The translations under genes were made by a program, and so were the position numbers. Below are positions 36,356 to 47,648 of a stretch of DNA of 64,000 nucleotides, one piece after another. The stretch's first letter is position 1. Every line of letters begins with the position of its first letter. The stretch is from Nitrospirales bacterium (lineage in GTDB: Bacteria; Nitrospirota; Nitrospiria; Nitrospirales; UBA8639): contig CBDBCZ010000019.1 of NCBI GenBank assembly GCA_965203295.1, positions 544,001 through 608,000 on the forward strand, read 5' to 3'. The notes beneath the pieces are model-generated. The model ran no database searches. It saw nothing but the letters and a program-made list of their open reading frames with translations, and had not been told where the DNA came from.

Positions 36356-39300
36356 ATGTTTCTTTCTAGACGGCAATTTTTGAAAGTTACGACCGGAACA
36401 GTAGCGGCGGTGGCCTTGGCCGATAAGGCATTGGCATTGACCGCGTTGCAACCGGTTATCGAAGTGGGTAATCCACTTGGCGAGTATCCTGACCGGGCGT
36501 GGGAGCGTGTGTATCACGACCAATACCGGTATGACTCGTCCTTCACCTGGGTCTGTTCACCGAATGACACGCATGCTTGTCGGGTGCGTTCATTTGTGCG
36601 GAACGGTGTGGTGATGAGGGTCGAGCAGAATTATGACCATCAGACCTATGAAGACCTCTACGGCAACCGAGGTACGTTTGCGCATAATCCTCGGATGTGC
36701 TTGAAGGGGTATACAATGCATCGACGCGTGTACGGGCCATACCGGTTGAAAGGTCCGTTGATGCGGAGAGGCTGGAAAGCCTGGGTCGATGCGGGGAGCC
36801 CAGAATTTACTCCTTCCAATATGAGCAAATACAAATTCAATGCTCGGTATTTGGACGATATGTTGCGGGTGTCCTGGGATACCGCGTTCACCTATTTGGC
36901 CAAAGCGATGTTGGTCATTGCTGAACGGTACAGTGGCGAAGCGGGCGCCCGGCGTTTGAGGGAGCAAGGCTATCCACCGGAAATGATCGAGATGACCAAA
37001 GGTTCTGGAGTCCGGTGTATGAAGTTCCGGGCCGGTATGCCGATCTTGGGCGTTATCGGGAAGATGGCGGTCACCCGTATGAACGGGGGCTGCGGAGCCT
37101 TACTTGATACCTACATTCGTAAGGTCAAGCCGAAACAGGCTCAAGGTGGCCGGTATTGGTCGAACTATACCTGGCACGGAGACCAAAACCCTGCGCATCC
37201 ATTCTGGTCCGGCGTGCAGACCTCGGATATTGACATGAATGACATGCGGTTCTCCAAGCTGAACACGAGCTGGGGGAAGAACTTTGTTGAGAACAAGATG
37301 CCGGAAGCCCACTGGAAGTTAGAGAGCATTGAGCGGGGCGCCAGGGTCGTCGTGATCACTCCGGAGTATAACCCGACAGCCTATCGTGCCGACTACTGGA
37401 TCCCAGTGCGGCCTGAGACTGATGGGGCGTTGTTCCTTGGGGCCTTGAAAATCATGTTCGATGAGAACATGCACGACCATGATTTTTGTAAGTCCTACAC
37501 CGACCTGCCATTGTTAGTACGGACGGATACCCTCCAATATTTGGATCCTCGAGATGTTATTAAGGGGTATTCCTTGCCGGACTTCTCCAATACGTACTCG
37601 GGGAAAGTGCAAACGTTAAATCCGGCCAAGATTGCCCGATTAGGTGGATTCATGGTGTGGGATATCAATAAGAACCAACCTGTTCCCATTCATCGTGAGT
37701 TGGTTGGGTGGCATTTCACGAAGAGCGGTATTGAGCCAGCCATGACCGGGACGTACCGGGTGAATCTGCTCAATGGTCGGGAAGTGGACGTGCTTCCGAT
37801 CTACCAGCTGTATCAAGTCCACTTGCAGGATTATGATTTGGATACGGTCCATCAGATCAACCGGGCTCCGAAGGACCTGATTGTGCGATGGGCACGGGAT
37901 AGTGGGACGATCAAACCTGCCACCATTCACAATGGTGAAGGAACCGACCACTACTTCCATCAAACTATCATTGCGCGCGGCGCCGCGATGGTCTTGATTG
38001 TGGCCGGAAACGTGGGAAAATTCGGGACAGGACAGCATACCTGGGCCGGAAACTACAAGGCCGGTATCTGGACGTCCACGCCGTGGTCCGGAGGAGGACT
38101 CGGGACGCATACGGCAGAGAATCCCTTCAAGATCACGTTAGACCCGGATGCGCATGGGAAAGAAGTCCATGTGCGAGGGTACTACTACGGCGAAGAGGTC
38201 GCGTACTGGAACCATGGGGACACTGCGCTGATCGTCAATACGCCGAAGTATGGGCGACGGGTGTTCACCGGGAAGACGCATATGCCCACGCCGAGTAAAT
38301 TCCGTTGGGTGGCCAACGTGAACGTGGTCAACAATGCGAAGCATCACTATGACATGGTGAAGAACGTCGATCCGCACATTGAGACTGTGGTCACTCAAGA
38401 CATTGAGATGACATCAGACGTGAACCATGCGGACGTGGCGTTTGGCGTGAACACCTGGATGGAGTTTACCTATCCAGAGCACACGGCCACGGTGTCGAAT
38501 CCGTGGTTCCAAGTGTGGAAGGGCGGCATTCGGCCGTTGTATGACACTCGGAACGATCTCGATACGTGCGCAGGTGTGGCCGCGAAGTTGACGGCGATGA
38601 CCGGCGACAAGCGGTTCCGCGATTACTTCAAGTTCGTCTACGACAATCGTGTGGATGTGTACGTGCAACGGTTGTTAGATGCCAGCAGCACGGGCTACGG
38701 CTACAGTGTGGACACGATGCTGAAATCGGAGAAGGGCTGGATGGTGTTGTGCCGGACCTATCCGCGGCATCCATTCTGGGAAGAGACGAACGAGAGCAAG
38801 CCACAATGGACCCGGTCGGGCCGATACGAGAACTATCGGATCGAGCCGGAAGCCATTGAGTACGGAGAAAACTTCATTTCGCACAGGGAAGGGACCGAAG
38901 CCACACCGTACCTGCCGAATGCGATCATGTCGACCAACCCGTATGTCCGGCCTGATGACTACGGGATTCCCATCACGGCGCAGCACCATGATGACAAGAC
39001 GGTGCGAAACATTGCGTTGCCGTGGCAGGAAATCAAGCGGTACTCCAACCCATTATGGGAGAAGGGGTATCAGTTCTATTGTGTGACGCCGAAAACACGG
39101 CACCGTGTGCATAGCCAGTGGTCAGTGAACGACTGGGTGCAGATGTATGAATCAAACTTCGGGGATGCGTACCGGATGGACAAACGGACCCCGGGTGTTG
39201 GTGAGCATCAATTGCACATGAATCCGCAGTCGGCGAAGGATCGGGGAATCAACGACGGTGACTACGTGTATGTGGACGGCAACCCGGTGGACCGACCGTA

Positions 39301-39793
39301 TCGCGGTTGGAAGCCGAGCGATCCATATTACAAAGTGGCGCGGTTGATGATTCGGGCGAAGTACAACCCGGCCTTCCCGTACCATGTGACGATGGCGAAG
39401 CACGCACCATACGTCGCCACGGCGAAATCCGTGAAAGGTCATGAAACGCGGCCAGACGGACGCGCGATCGCAATGGATACTGGATACCAATCCAACTTCC
39501 GCTACGGTGCGCAGCAATCCTTTACGCGTGACTGGTTGATGCCCATGCATCAGTTAGACTCGTTGCCAGGGAAACATGCGGTGGCCTGGAAGTTCAAATT
39601 TGGGTACCAGGTCGATAACCACGCGGTGAACACGGTTCCGAAAGAATGTCTGATGCGTATTACCAAAGCAGAGGACGGCGGAATCGGCGGCCGCGGACCT
39701 TGGGAGCCAGTCCGGACCGGATTTACCCCAGGTCAGGAAAATGAGTTTATGATTAAATGGCTCAAAGGTGACCACATTAAGATCAAAGTGTAA
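36356..39793 (+). CDS. nxrA: Nitrite oxidoreductase alpha subunit (periplasmic, Nitrospira type)
   Basis: Tat motif SRRQFLK; FeS motif CSPNDTHAC...NPRMCLKG; WHGDQ Mo-ligand region; 1145 aa; AGGAGG SD. Confidence 0.97.
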   Translation: MFLSRRQFLKVTTGTVAAVALADKALALTALQPVIEVGNPLGEYPDRAWERVYHDQYRYDSSFTWVCSPNDTHACRVRSFVRNGVVMRVEQNYDHQTYEDLYGNRGTFAHNPRMCLKGYTMHRRVYGPYRLKGPLMRRGWKAWVDAGSPEFTPSNMSKYKFNARYLDDMLRVSWDTAFTYLAKAMLVIAERYSGEAGARRLREQGYPPEMIEMTKGSGVRCMKFRAGMPILGVIGKMAVTRMNGGCGALLDTYIRKVKPKQAQGGRYWSNYTWHGDQNPAHPFWSGVQTSDIDMNDMRFSKLNTSWGKNFVENKMPEAHWKLESIERGARVVVITPEYNPTAYRADYWIPVRPETDGALFLGALKIMFDENMHDHDFCKSYTDLPLLVRTDTLQYLDPRDVIKGYSLPDFSNTYSGKVQTLNPAKIARLGGFMVWDINKNQPVPIHRELVGWHFTKSGIEPAMTGTYRVNLLNGREVDVLPIYQLYQVHLQDYDLDTVHQINRAPKDLIVRWARDSGTIKPATIHNGEGTDHYFHQTIIARGAAMVLIVAGNVGKFGTGQHTWAGNYKAGIWTSTPWSGGGLGTHTAENPFKITLDPDAHGKEVHVRGYYYGEEVAYWNHGDTALIVNTPKYGRRVFTGKTHMPTPSKFRWVANVNVVNNAKHHYDMVKNVDPHIETVVTQDIEMTSDVNHADVAFGVNTWMEFTYPEHTATVSNPWFQVWKGGIRPLYDTRNDLDTCAGVAAKLTAMTGDKRFRDYFKFVYDNRVDVYVQRLLDASSTGYGYSVDTMLKSEKGWMVLCRTYPRHPFWEETNESKPQWTRSGRYENYRIEPEAIEYGENFISHREGTEATPYLPNAIMSTNPYVRPDDYGIPITAQHHDDKTVRNIALPWQEIKRYSNPLWEKGYQFYCVTPKTRHRVHSQWSVNDWVQMYESNFGDAYRMDKRTPGVGEHQLHMNPQSAKDRGINDGDYVYVDGNPVDRPYRGWKPSDPYYKVARLMIRAKYNPAFPYHVTMAKHAPYVATAKSVKGHETRPDGRAIAMDTGYQSNFRYGAQQSFTRDWLMPMHQLDSLPGKHAVAWKFKFGYQVDNHAVNTVPKECLMRITKAEDGGIGGRGPWEPVRTGFTPGQENEFMIKWLKGDHIKIKV

Positions 39794-39864
39794 GCCGATT
39801 ATTAATGTGGTTGGTGATTACTGACATGTTGAACTGACGAGCGTTCAAAGAAACGGAGGAAATT

Positions 39865-41154
39865 ATGCCAGAAGTTTATAATTGGCAATTAGGCCGTAAG
39901 ATGCTCTATCCCTATGAGGAGCGGCATCCGAAATGGCAGTTTGCCTTTGTGTTTAACATCAATCGGTGTTTGGCCTGCCAAACCTGCTCCATGGCCGATA
40001 AATCGACCTGGTTGTTCTCAAAAGGGCAGGAGTACATGTGGTGGAACAATGTGGAGACCAAGCCCTATGGCGGGTATCCGCAGTTCTACGATGTGAAGAT
40101 CACGCAGTTGATTGAGCAAGTGAACCCAGGTGGCCAGGTGTGGAACGTCCGAGTGGGACGGAAGCACCATGCGCCATATGGGGTGTTTGAAGGGATGACC
40201 ATTTTCGATGCCGGCGCCAAAGTGGGGCAGGCGGCGATTGGGTATATTCCGACCGACCAGGAATGGCGGTTTGTGAACATTTACGAAGACACGGCGACCT
40301 CCATGCGGGCCATTGTCGAAGGCATCGACAAGACCGGCTTTAGCAAAGAAGAGCCGTGGCGGATGACCGGCAGCAGCTTGCCGGAGCATGAAACGTATTT
40401 CTTCTATCTGCAGCGGATTTGTAACCACTGTACGTACCCTGGATGTCTGGCAGCCTGTCCTCGGAAGGCCATCTACAAGAGGCCGGAGGATGGGATTGTG
40501 TTGATCGACCAGAATCGGTGCCGGGGTTACAAGAAATGCGTGGAGCAATGTCCGTACAAGAAGCCGATGTATCGGGGAACGACGCGGGTCACGGAGAAAT
40601 GTATTGCGTGTTATCCGCGGGTCGAGGGGAAAGACCCCTTGACAGGCGGCGAGCCCATGGAGACGCGGTGTATGGCGGCATGCGTGGGTAAGATCCGCCT
40701 CCAGAACCTGGTGAAGGTCGGTGAGGATGGGTTATGGGCCGAAGATAGGTGGAATCCCTTGTATTACACCATTCGGGTGGAACAGGTTGCGTTGCCCTTG
40801 TATCCGCAATGGGGCACGGAACCCAATGGGTTTTACATTCCGCCGCGGCAGGCCCCGCGTGGTTACATCCGGCAGATGTTTGGGCCTGGCGTGGACAACG
40901 CGATCGAGAAGTACTTGGTGCCAAGCCGGGAATTGTTGGCGGTGCTGCAGTTGTGGCGCGCAAGCCAGCAGATTATCTTCCGGTATGACGTGATTCCTGG
41001 CCCGTTAGTATTTGAGACCCAAATTCATGGGAAGAAGTTCCAGATGTACAATGATACCGTGTTGGGCTTCAACAAGTCGGGTAAGGAGTGCGTGCGGCAG
41101 CAGGTGGAAGAGCCGATTTACATTCGGCCAGCCGAGCGTCCGAACTGGTTGTAA
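39865..41154 (+). CDS. nxrB: Nitrite oxidoreductase beta subunit
   Basis: MPEVYNWQLGR; CLACQTCSMAD, CNHCTYPGCLAACP, CRGYKKCVEQCP, CIACYP; 429 aa. Confidence 0.97.
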   Translation: MPEVYNWQLGRKMLYPYEERHPKWQFAFVFNINRCLACQTCSMADKSTWLFSKGQEYMWWNNVETKPYGGYPQFYDVKITQLIEQVNPGGQVWNVRVGRKHHAPYGVFEGMTIFDAGAKVGQAAIGYIPTDQEWRFVNIYEDTATSMRAIVEGIDKTGFSKEEPWRMTGSSLPEHETYFFYLQRICNHCTYPGCLAACPRKAIYKRPEDGIVLIDQNRCRGYKKCVEQCPYKKPMYRGTTRVTEKCIACYPRVEGKDPLTGGEPMETRCMAACVGKIRLQNLVKVGEDGLWAEDRWNPLYYTIRVEQVALPLYPQWGTEPNGFYIPPRQAPRGYIRQMFGPGVDNAIEKYLVPSRELLAVLQLWRASQQIIFRYDVIPGPLVFETQIHGKKFQMYNDTVLGFNKSGKECVRQQVEEPIYIRPAERPNWL

Positions 41155-41179
41155 GGTTCGAGACGGGCGAGTTGTGCGA

Positions 41180-41220
41180 GAAAGGCAGGGACCCCGAATG
41201 GGATCCCTGCCTTTCTTTTT
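41180..41220 (+). terminator. Rho-independent terminator of nxrAB
   Basis: GAAAGGCAGGGA...TCCCTGCCTTTC stem then T-run. Confidence 0.85.
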
Positions 41221-41361
41221 GCCTCAAGGTGGTATCAAGGAAAATGGGTGAGAGATTTCTTCCACATTTTCTCCTGTAGCAGAGAAAATCAATCATAAAC
41301 GTGGTATGCTAAAAGATAAAGCATGGGGCATTTCGTGTGAACAATCGAAAACTCTTGCTGA

Positions 41362-41703
41362 TTGAGCAAATTTATTGGAAAAAATCCACCAGATCTTATT
41401 CCTTTATCCGCACAACCTATAGCTTTTTGGGAATTATTGGAAAAAGGTAGCATCCCCAAAGAATGTTTACTCAGCGAATATACTGCACAGCAATTTGTCG
41501 AACGTTTGGTTCACTACGTTCTGAGTGTTCCCAACAAATTCTTTTCAATGGCACAGCTTTCCAGGTTATTGGAACAGTTGGACCCAAGGCTACAGATCTT
41601 CTTTTTTAAAAGGCTGAAAGAGACCAGCCCTCAAAGCCTCAAAGAATTTGCACCTCTCTACTATGGTTTTATGGCAGAATTTCATCCTCTTTTATTCACA
41701 TAA
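41362..41703 (+). CDS. Hypothetical protein
   Basis: 113-aa helical ORF, no competing frame; TTG start uncertain. Confidence 0.6.
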   Translation: MSKFIGKNPPDLIPLSAQPIAFWELLEKGSIPKECLLSEYTAQQFVERLVHYVLSVPNKFFSMAQLSRLLEQLDPRLQIFFFKRLKETSPQSLKEFAPLYYGFMAEFHPLLFT

Positions 41704-41880
41704 ATCACCCTCGTTCCCTGGCCTCATCGCCTCTTTCTGTTGAGAAATGAATTGTGAGAATAGAGGGAAAAATTCTACGAAACTTCTAGAATGCCAACAA
41801 TAAAACTGACAAATTGTAGCGGTTTCAAGACGGAGACTGTATAATAGGAAAATTAAACAGCGTCAGGGTTAGGAGGAATA

Positions 41881-42249
41881 ATGAATTCTACGTTGCATAA
41901 AGCAGTTTCGAGTTTTTATAACCTCGTGTATGAGGGCCAGGCCTTTGCCAGTACAATGGCGAGGATTGATTCGGCGGAGCAAGACCGTTATCTAGGGAGG
42001 GTCGAAGGTCTCAATTGGGTCTTGGATCGCTGCCAGGAATTTGAAGATGTCGATATGAATCTCACCACTGCCTCCCTCCAAAGGTTATTGAGTGATGTCA
42101 AATCGGATTTGGACCACGAATTATCTGTCCAACGAAGGGAAAAGGGTCGGCGGGCAGATGGAAGAGAGGAAGCATTGATTTTTGTTACCGACTATTTAGC
42201 GAGTTTGATTACGGCTACAGAAATCGAGTCGGTTAAAAGTCCTGTCTAA
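41881..42249 (+). CDS. Hypothetical protein with two internal repeats
   Basis: AGGAGG SD; YLGRVEGLNWV and ADGREEALIFV. Confidence 0.7.
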   Translation: MNSTLHKAVSSFYNLVYEGQAFASTMARIDSAEQDRYLGRVEGLNWVLDRCQEFEDVDMNLTTASLQRLLSDVKSDLDHELSVQRREKGRRADGREEALIFVTDYLASLITATEIESVKSPV

Positions 42250-42310
42250 GAAAAAGGTCCACAGTTTTTCCCTCTCTCCGTGCCAAAAAGCCAAATTTTC
42301 AAATAGCACA

Positions 42311-42547
42311 TTGAGTCGAATGATGGGAAAATCCAGGCTTGTCAGGGAATGGATAATCTTTGCTATTTGTTTAGGAGCAGGTGCTCATATTATCTTAGGA
42401 ATGATTCTCCATGCTCCAGAAAGTTGGCCGCTGTCTACAGCATGGGTCAATGGGATTCTCCTGTCCCTTTCCCTGTATGTCCTGGTTCAAGTAATAAGGT
42501 CGCTGTATTGGTGCTTCCGGTCAACCAATACCTTGAAGGGAAATTAA
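42311..42547 (+). CDS. Small two-TM membrane protein
   Basis: Two hydrophobic helices. Confidence 0.5.
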   Translation: MSRMMGKSRLVREWIIFAICLGAGAHIILGMILHAPESWPLSTAWVNGILLSLSLYVLVQVIRSLYWCFRSTNTLKGN

Positions 42548-42634
42548 TAGAGCGAGGAATTTCCATTTAGACGATCGTTTCTTGAAGACGTGTACGGATC
42601 GAAGTGGACAAAACTCATCAACCAATTGATCCAT

Positions 42635-42925
42635 TCAGAGAATCCCTTCCACGGGAATGCCTTCTTCAATAAGGAGAATAGGAATATTTTCTCTGATCGG
42701 ATAAACCACCTTTCCATCGGAACGAATTAACCCACCCTGGAATTTCTCCTTTACAAGATTTCCGCCCTGATTTTTTAATTCTCCACTATCGATGACTTGG
42801 TTCAGTTTGGAAAGGGATGAGGTATCGATAAGAGAAACACTCTGTTTGGAATCGGGACAGCATAAAATGGCCAATAAGTCTTTGTTTATTGGATCGCTTT
42901 CAGCAGAAATGTTGGTTGAACTCAT
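42635..42925 (-). CDS. Trm112 family protein
   Basis: LLAILCCP...YPIRENIPILL. Confidence 0.85.
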   Translation of the reverse strand: MSSTNISAESDPINKDLLAILCCPDSKQSVSLIDTSSLSKLNQVIDSGELKNQGGNLVKEKFQGGLIRSDGKVVYPIRENIPILLIEEGIPVEGIL

Positions 42926-43109
42926 AGGGGTCCCTCATTAACGATTCGAAGTAAAGTTGTATAGTCTTAACCCTATAGGAATCATGTTTCTGAGGCAAGT
43001 CAATCGAAAAATGACCAAAAATAGTGGATAGAAGAATAACTCACAACATAAGTATTACGAAACTTGTTGGAAAAACCCGAGTTCGTTTTTTGAACTTGAG
43101 CGTCTTACG

Positions 43110-43751
43110 ATGATTCATTTTGCTTGGCCACATTTTATAAAACGCTATTTAGTCACGGGGGTCCTTGTTCTTGTCCCAGCCTGGTGGACATTTTTGATTT
43201 TGTATACGCTGTTCTCGACATTGGACCATCTGTGGATTGATCTCCTTGGCCCTGAGCGGTTTGTGGAGATCCCAGGAGTGGGGATTGCTTCATTTCTTCT
43301 GTTGATTCTCATGACTGGCATGATGGCTACCCATTTCTTGGGTCAATGGATTTTGGTACAAAGCGAGGAATCTTTAGGCCGCATTCCGTTAATTCTGAGC
43401 ATCTATAATACATTTAAGGGAATGGCGGATATCTTCAAATTTCTGGAACGTTTCGGAAACAGTTTCGTCGTAGTTTTTCCGTTTCCCAGAGATAGGCTAT
43501 GGGCTTTGGGTTTCGTGATGGGCGTTGCTCCTCCCTCATTACAGGTATCTTCAGAAGGAAGATTACTCATGATATTTGTCCCAACGGCCATTCATCCGTT
43601 TACTGGGTACCTGGCTTTGGTTCCTGAAATAAAAGCTCGAAAGGTTAACCTTCGACCGCAGGAAGCCATGAAAATGGAATTCTCGGCGGGTCTGTATCGT
43701 CCTCCATCAAAATGGTTGGTATTAAAGGATTCAACAAAGGAAGAACGTTGA
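43110..43751 (+). CDS. DUF502 domain membrane protein
   Basis: LVTGVLVLVP, RIPLILSIY, IFVPTAIHPFTGY. Confidence 0.85.
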   Translation: MIHFAWPHFIKRYLVTGVLVLVPAWWTFLILYTLFSTLDHLWIDLLGPERFVEIPGVGIASFLLLILMTGMMATHFLGQWILVQSEESLGRIPLILSIYNTFKGMADIFKFLERFGNSFVVVFPFPRDRLWALGFVMGVAPPSLQVSSEGRLLMIFVPTAIHPFTGYLALVPEIKARKVNLRPQEAMKMEFSAGLYRPPSKWLVLKDSTKEER

Positions 43752-43832
43752 TTCAAAAGAAGGACTCAGTCAGGTTCGAATACCGATTTATTGGCCAGGA
43801 AGCCTGGAGAAGAGCATTGCCTGAACTAGAAA

Positions 43833-44384
43833 ATGTCTTATTCACCATCATTCACAAATTCAGAGGATGACGAACTTCGGTCGATGCTGTTTCAAGTAAA
43901 CATTCGTCCGGGAACGGAGAGTGACCTTGAGGTGTTGGTCCGATTTAACACCGCTCTGGCAAGGGAAACAGAGGAAAGGTGTTTGGATGAAGATCGAGTC
44001 CGATTGGGGACCATCTCCATCTTAAAAAATCGAAGCCAGGGCTTTTACCTTGTCGCGGAAGTACAAAATGAATCTGGCTACCAAATTATCGGTCAACTGA
44101 TGGTGACCTACGAATGGAGTGACTGGAGGAATGGAGTGTTTTGGTGGATTCAAAGTGTCTATGTTGATGCAAATTGGCGTGGAAAAGGAGTGTTCAGCCG
44201 TCTGTACGAACAGATTTGTGATCAGGCCAGGATGCAGGCAGATGTGGTAGGAATCAGATTGTATGTCGAAGAGGAAAATGCGCGGGCGCTGAATACCTAT
44301 AAAAGGCTTGGACTTTCTCCAACTTCCTATCGTGTCTTCGAACAGGATTTTGTCCTATCTCATAAAGGTCAGCAGTCGTCATAG
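43833..44384 (+). CDS. GNAT family N-acetyltransferase
   Basis: TYEWSDWRNG, QSVYV...RGKGVF, RLYVEEENARA..Y..LG. Confidence 0.9.
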   Translation: MSYSPSFTNSEDDELRSMLFQVNIRPGTESDLEVLVRFNTALARETEERCLDEDRVRLGTISILKNRSQGFYLVAEVQNESGYQIIGQLMVTYEWSDWRNGVFWWIQSVYVDANWRGKGVFSRLYEQICDQARMQADVVGIRLYVEEENARALNTYKRLGLSPTSYRVFEQDFVLSHKGQQSS

Positions 44385-44565
44385 AATCCCCTCTATCTTC
44401 TTGAGTCGCTAGTCTGTATGGAAATCTGCGTTCCTAGAGACATCAATTCCGCTTCACGAGAGTCAGTTCATAGTCAAAAGAAACCTCATCTGATTTGTGT
44501 CACGGCCTGTCTCAGTTCAGAAGAAAGACCTCAATAGATTCTTTCCATTATCGCAGAGGGTTCTC

Positions 44566-45799
44566 ATGAGTAATCCAACCAACAGGTTAGCACATGTGAA
44601 GTTTTGGTCTTGGGGGATAAGAGTCATGCTCGGGTTTCTGCTGGTCCTTGCGAGTCCTTTCCATTGTCCAGGGACAGCTGAGGCCATGCCTCAAGATGGA
44701 GGAAAGGAGGACTCTCCTGATCAAAGACCAAGGCTCAGAGATTTAGGAATCATGATTGGTCAATTCCCTCCTGGTCCCTATAACGCCATTACTGATGTGA
44801 ATGGGGTGAAGGTTGGACATGTGACTCTTTGGCAGGGTGAGGGGGTTCTTCAACCAGGGAAAGGACCGGTTCGAACGGGAGTGACTGTGATTATTCCACG
44901 TGAAGATGTTTGGAATAAAAAAGTTCCGGCAGGAGCGTTTGTCCTTAACGGAACTGGAGAGATGACGGGCTTAGCTTGGGTCGCTGAATCGGGATTTCTT
45001 GAGTACCCCATTGCCCTGACGAACACCTTGAACGTGCCCAAAGTCGCGAATGGGGTGATGAGCTGGATGATCAAACATCATCCAGAAATCGGCATAACCG
45101 ATGACACCCTGACGCCTGTGGTCGCTGAATGCGACGACAGGTTTGGTTCCGGAGGGAACTGTTGGGGCAGGAACGGGGATGATTTCCTACCAGTTTAAGG
45201 GGGGAATCGGAACGGCCTCACGCCAACTTCCAAATGATAAGGGTGGATATACCGTTGGAGTATTAGTGAACGCCAACCATGGACGCCGAGGCGAATTGAT
45301 GGTGGCGGGTATTCCAGTGGGACGTCTCTGGGATCAATATCAAGATCATACCTTGAATCCCAAGGCGAACGACCAGATTGCGACACGATTCCAAACTGAA
45401 CGGGAGCAACGTGGAGACCAAGGTTCTATCATCATCATTATTGCCACGGATGCCCCATTGGATAGCCCTCAGCTCAGCCGTGTTGCTCGCCGAGCGGTCT
45501 TGGGATTGGCAAGAACAGGTGCGACGTCACACCATGGAAGCGAGGACTTCATCTTAGCATTTTCCACAGGCAATGTGATTCCTCATTATCCTGAGGAACC
45601 GATTTTCACGATGACCCATTTAGCGGATATTCACATCAATCCTCTCATCGCCGCGACTGTTGAAACGACCGAAGAAGCCGTTCTCAATGCGTTGATAGGC
45701 GCGAAAACTGTCGTGGGACGAGATGGTCGAAAAGTCGAGGCGATCGATATCTCAAGACTTCGTCGTATTATCGCTGCCTATAGAAAAGAGAATCCATAA
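44566..45799 (+). pseudogene. DmpA/peptidase S58 family aminopeptidase with internal deletion and frameshift
   Basis: NAITDVNGVKVGH, RTGVT, NGTGEMTG, PVVAECDD joined out of frame at ~45140 to VPEGTVGAGTG (the LND-containing segment is missing); GSIIIIIATDAPL autoprocessing site. Confidence 0.85.
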
Positions 45800-45886
45800 G
45801 AGAGAAGAGAGATGTCTTCTACCTTTCCAGTCCTAACTTTTGTTTGACGGGGAGTGAGTAGACAAGCCTGATACGGCATTGTTAGA

Positions 45887-47110
45887 GTGCCTTCCAAGCT
45901 AATGTTTGAGAATAAACCAGCCATGAAATTTCAAGTTGCCGTATCTCGAAACCCCGACGTCGCCCAAGCCGCTGCTGAAGTTGCCACGGCAATAAGAGAA
46001 GCCTTTAACAGGCAGTCTGTAGATCTCGGATTTATCTTTTTTTCTTGTCATTACGCTGAGCAGACAAAACGGCTCGTGGACTTCATTCACCAAGAACTTT
46101 CACCAATGGTGTTATTGGGGTGTATGGGGGAAGGAGTCATCGGAGCGGGAGAAGAGTTTGAAGGTTCCACGGTTGTCACGCTATGGGCTGCCCATTTGCC
46201 ACAGGTTGATCTTCTCCCCTTTCATGTGACATTCACCGAAGGAGAGGGAGCATGTGAAATGAATGGCTGGCCAGAAGAGTTGGCCTCTTATTCTTCTCGC
46301 CCGACATTCTTCCTTTTAGCCGATCCCTTTTCCACACCAATTGAAGAATTATTTAGCAATATAGAAACATGTTGCCCTGGGGCACCAGCTATTGGAGGTG
46401 TGGCTAGTGGGGGTACGGACCTTGGTGAAAATCAATTGATCGTCGATCGAAAAGTCGTCCACGGTGGTCTTGTCGGAGTCGCGGTTTCAGGTGCGGTATC
46501 TATTCGAACCGTGGTCTCTCAAGGCTGCAAACCAATAGGGGATCGTTACGTCGTAACCAAGGCCAACCGTAACATCATCTACGAATTGGGAGGTGTGCCG
46601 ACCTTAAAACGACTCCAGGAAACGCTCGATTCTTTAGGAAAAGAAGGAAGCCGAGAGGCGGCGATGGCTCTTCAGGTTGGTGTCGCGTTTGATGAACATC
46701 AGCAGCGGTTTGAGCGAGGAGACTTTTTGATTCGCGGGCTTATTGGGGCAGACCAGAGCATTGGAGGGGTAGCTATTTCGGATTTGGTCAAGGAAGGGCA
46801 AACAGTTCAATTTCATCTTCGGGATGCCAACGCTACGAGCGAAGAACTCAATCACTTGATGGCCAAGGACCAAATGGATTTTCCCCAAACCCTTCCTCTG
46901 GGAGGGCTTCTCTTTAGTTGCAATACACGGGGACAACGGTTTTTCTCAGAGCCCCATCATGATGTCAACGCGGTGAAGAATCGAATAGGAGCCATCCCGG
47001 TCGCGGGATTTTTTGCAGCGGGAGAGATTGGTCCTGTCGCCGGTCAGAATTTCATTCATGGATATACCGCAAGTGTGGCGTTGTTCTCTGAGCCATCGGA
47101 GATATTCTGA
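45887..47110 (+). CDS. FIST N/C domain protein
   Basis: [46 protein letters not shown]. Confidence 0.9.
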   Translation: MPSKLMFENKPAMKFQVAVSRNPDVAQAAAEVATAIREAFNRQSVDLGFIFFSCHYAEQTKRLVDFIHQELSPMVLLGCMGEGVIGAGEEFEGSTVVTLWAAHLPQVDLLPFHVTFTEGEGACEMNGWPEELASYSSRPTFFLLADPFSTPIEELFSNIETCCPGAPAIGGVASGGTDLGENQLIVDRKVVHGGLVGVAVSGAVSIRTVVSQGCKPIGDRYVVTKANRNIIYELGGVPTLKRLQETLDSLGKEGSREAAMALQVGVAFDEHQQRFERGDFLIRGLIGADQSIGGVAISDLVKEGQTVQFHLRDANATSEELNHLMAKDQMDFPQTLPLGGLLFSCNTRGQRFFSEPHHDVNAVKNRIGAIPVAGFFAAGEIGPVAGQNFIHGYTASVALFSEPSEIF

Positions 47111-47118
47111 AGCGGCGC

Positions 47119-47592
47119 TTGCCTTGGTCATTCCATAATCTGGAAAGGATTGCTTCCATGCCCCAATACCGTTTTTTCTTCTTGGCTATGTTGTTGGGAG
47201 TCAGTGTATGTGCTCTGAACACCGTGTCAGTGCTTCATGCTGAGACTCCCCAAATGGTCACAACCGATTCGGGACTCAAGTATGTTGACGTCATAGAAGG
47301 AAAAGACCGTACGGCTGAGTATGGCGAAACCGCGATAGTCCATTATACCGGCTGGCTCGAAAACGGGACAAAGTTTGATAGTTCGGTGGATCGCAATGAG
47401 CCCTTTCAATTTCGACTTGGAGCGGGCAGAGTTATCCGGGGTTGGGATGAGGGGGTTGTGGGAATGAAAATTGGGTCAAAACGCAAATTAATCATTCCAC
47501 CTCATCTCGCATATGGCCAACGAAGGGCTGGGAGAATCATTCCACCGAATGCGACATTGACATTTGAAGTGGAATTGCTGGATCTTCGGTAA
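47119..47592 (+). CDS. FKBP-type peptidyl-prolyl isomerase (exported)
   Basis: [33 protein letters not shown]; true start probably later. Confidence 0.95.
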   Translation: MPWSFHNLERIASMPQYRFFFLAMLLGVSVCALNTVSVLHAETPQMVTTDSGLKYVDVIEGKDRTAEYGETAIVHYTGWLENGTKFDSSVDRNEPFQFRLGAGRVIRGWDEGVVGMKIGSKRKLIIPPHLAYGQRRAGRIIPPNATLTFEVELLDLR

Positions 47593-47648
47593 ATCAATCC
47601 TCTTGTCACTCAGACCCCCATAGGACTTTCACTTTCACCTTCTCAGAG

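Noticed and set aside
36543..40993. Many 60-176-aa alternative-frame and antisense ORFs inside nxrAB
   Set aside because: Shadow ORFs caused by codon bias; no recognisable motifs.
41155..42547. Missing nxrC or comammox genes beside nxrAB
   Set aside because: nxrC candidates are commonly unlinked in Nitrospira; downstream ORFs have no haem motifs; no amo or hao in the window, so nothing can be concluded.
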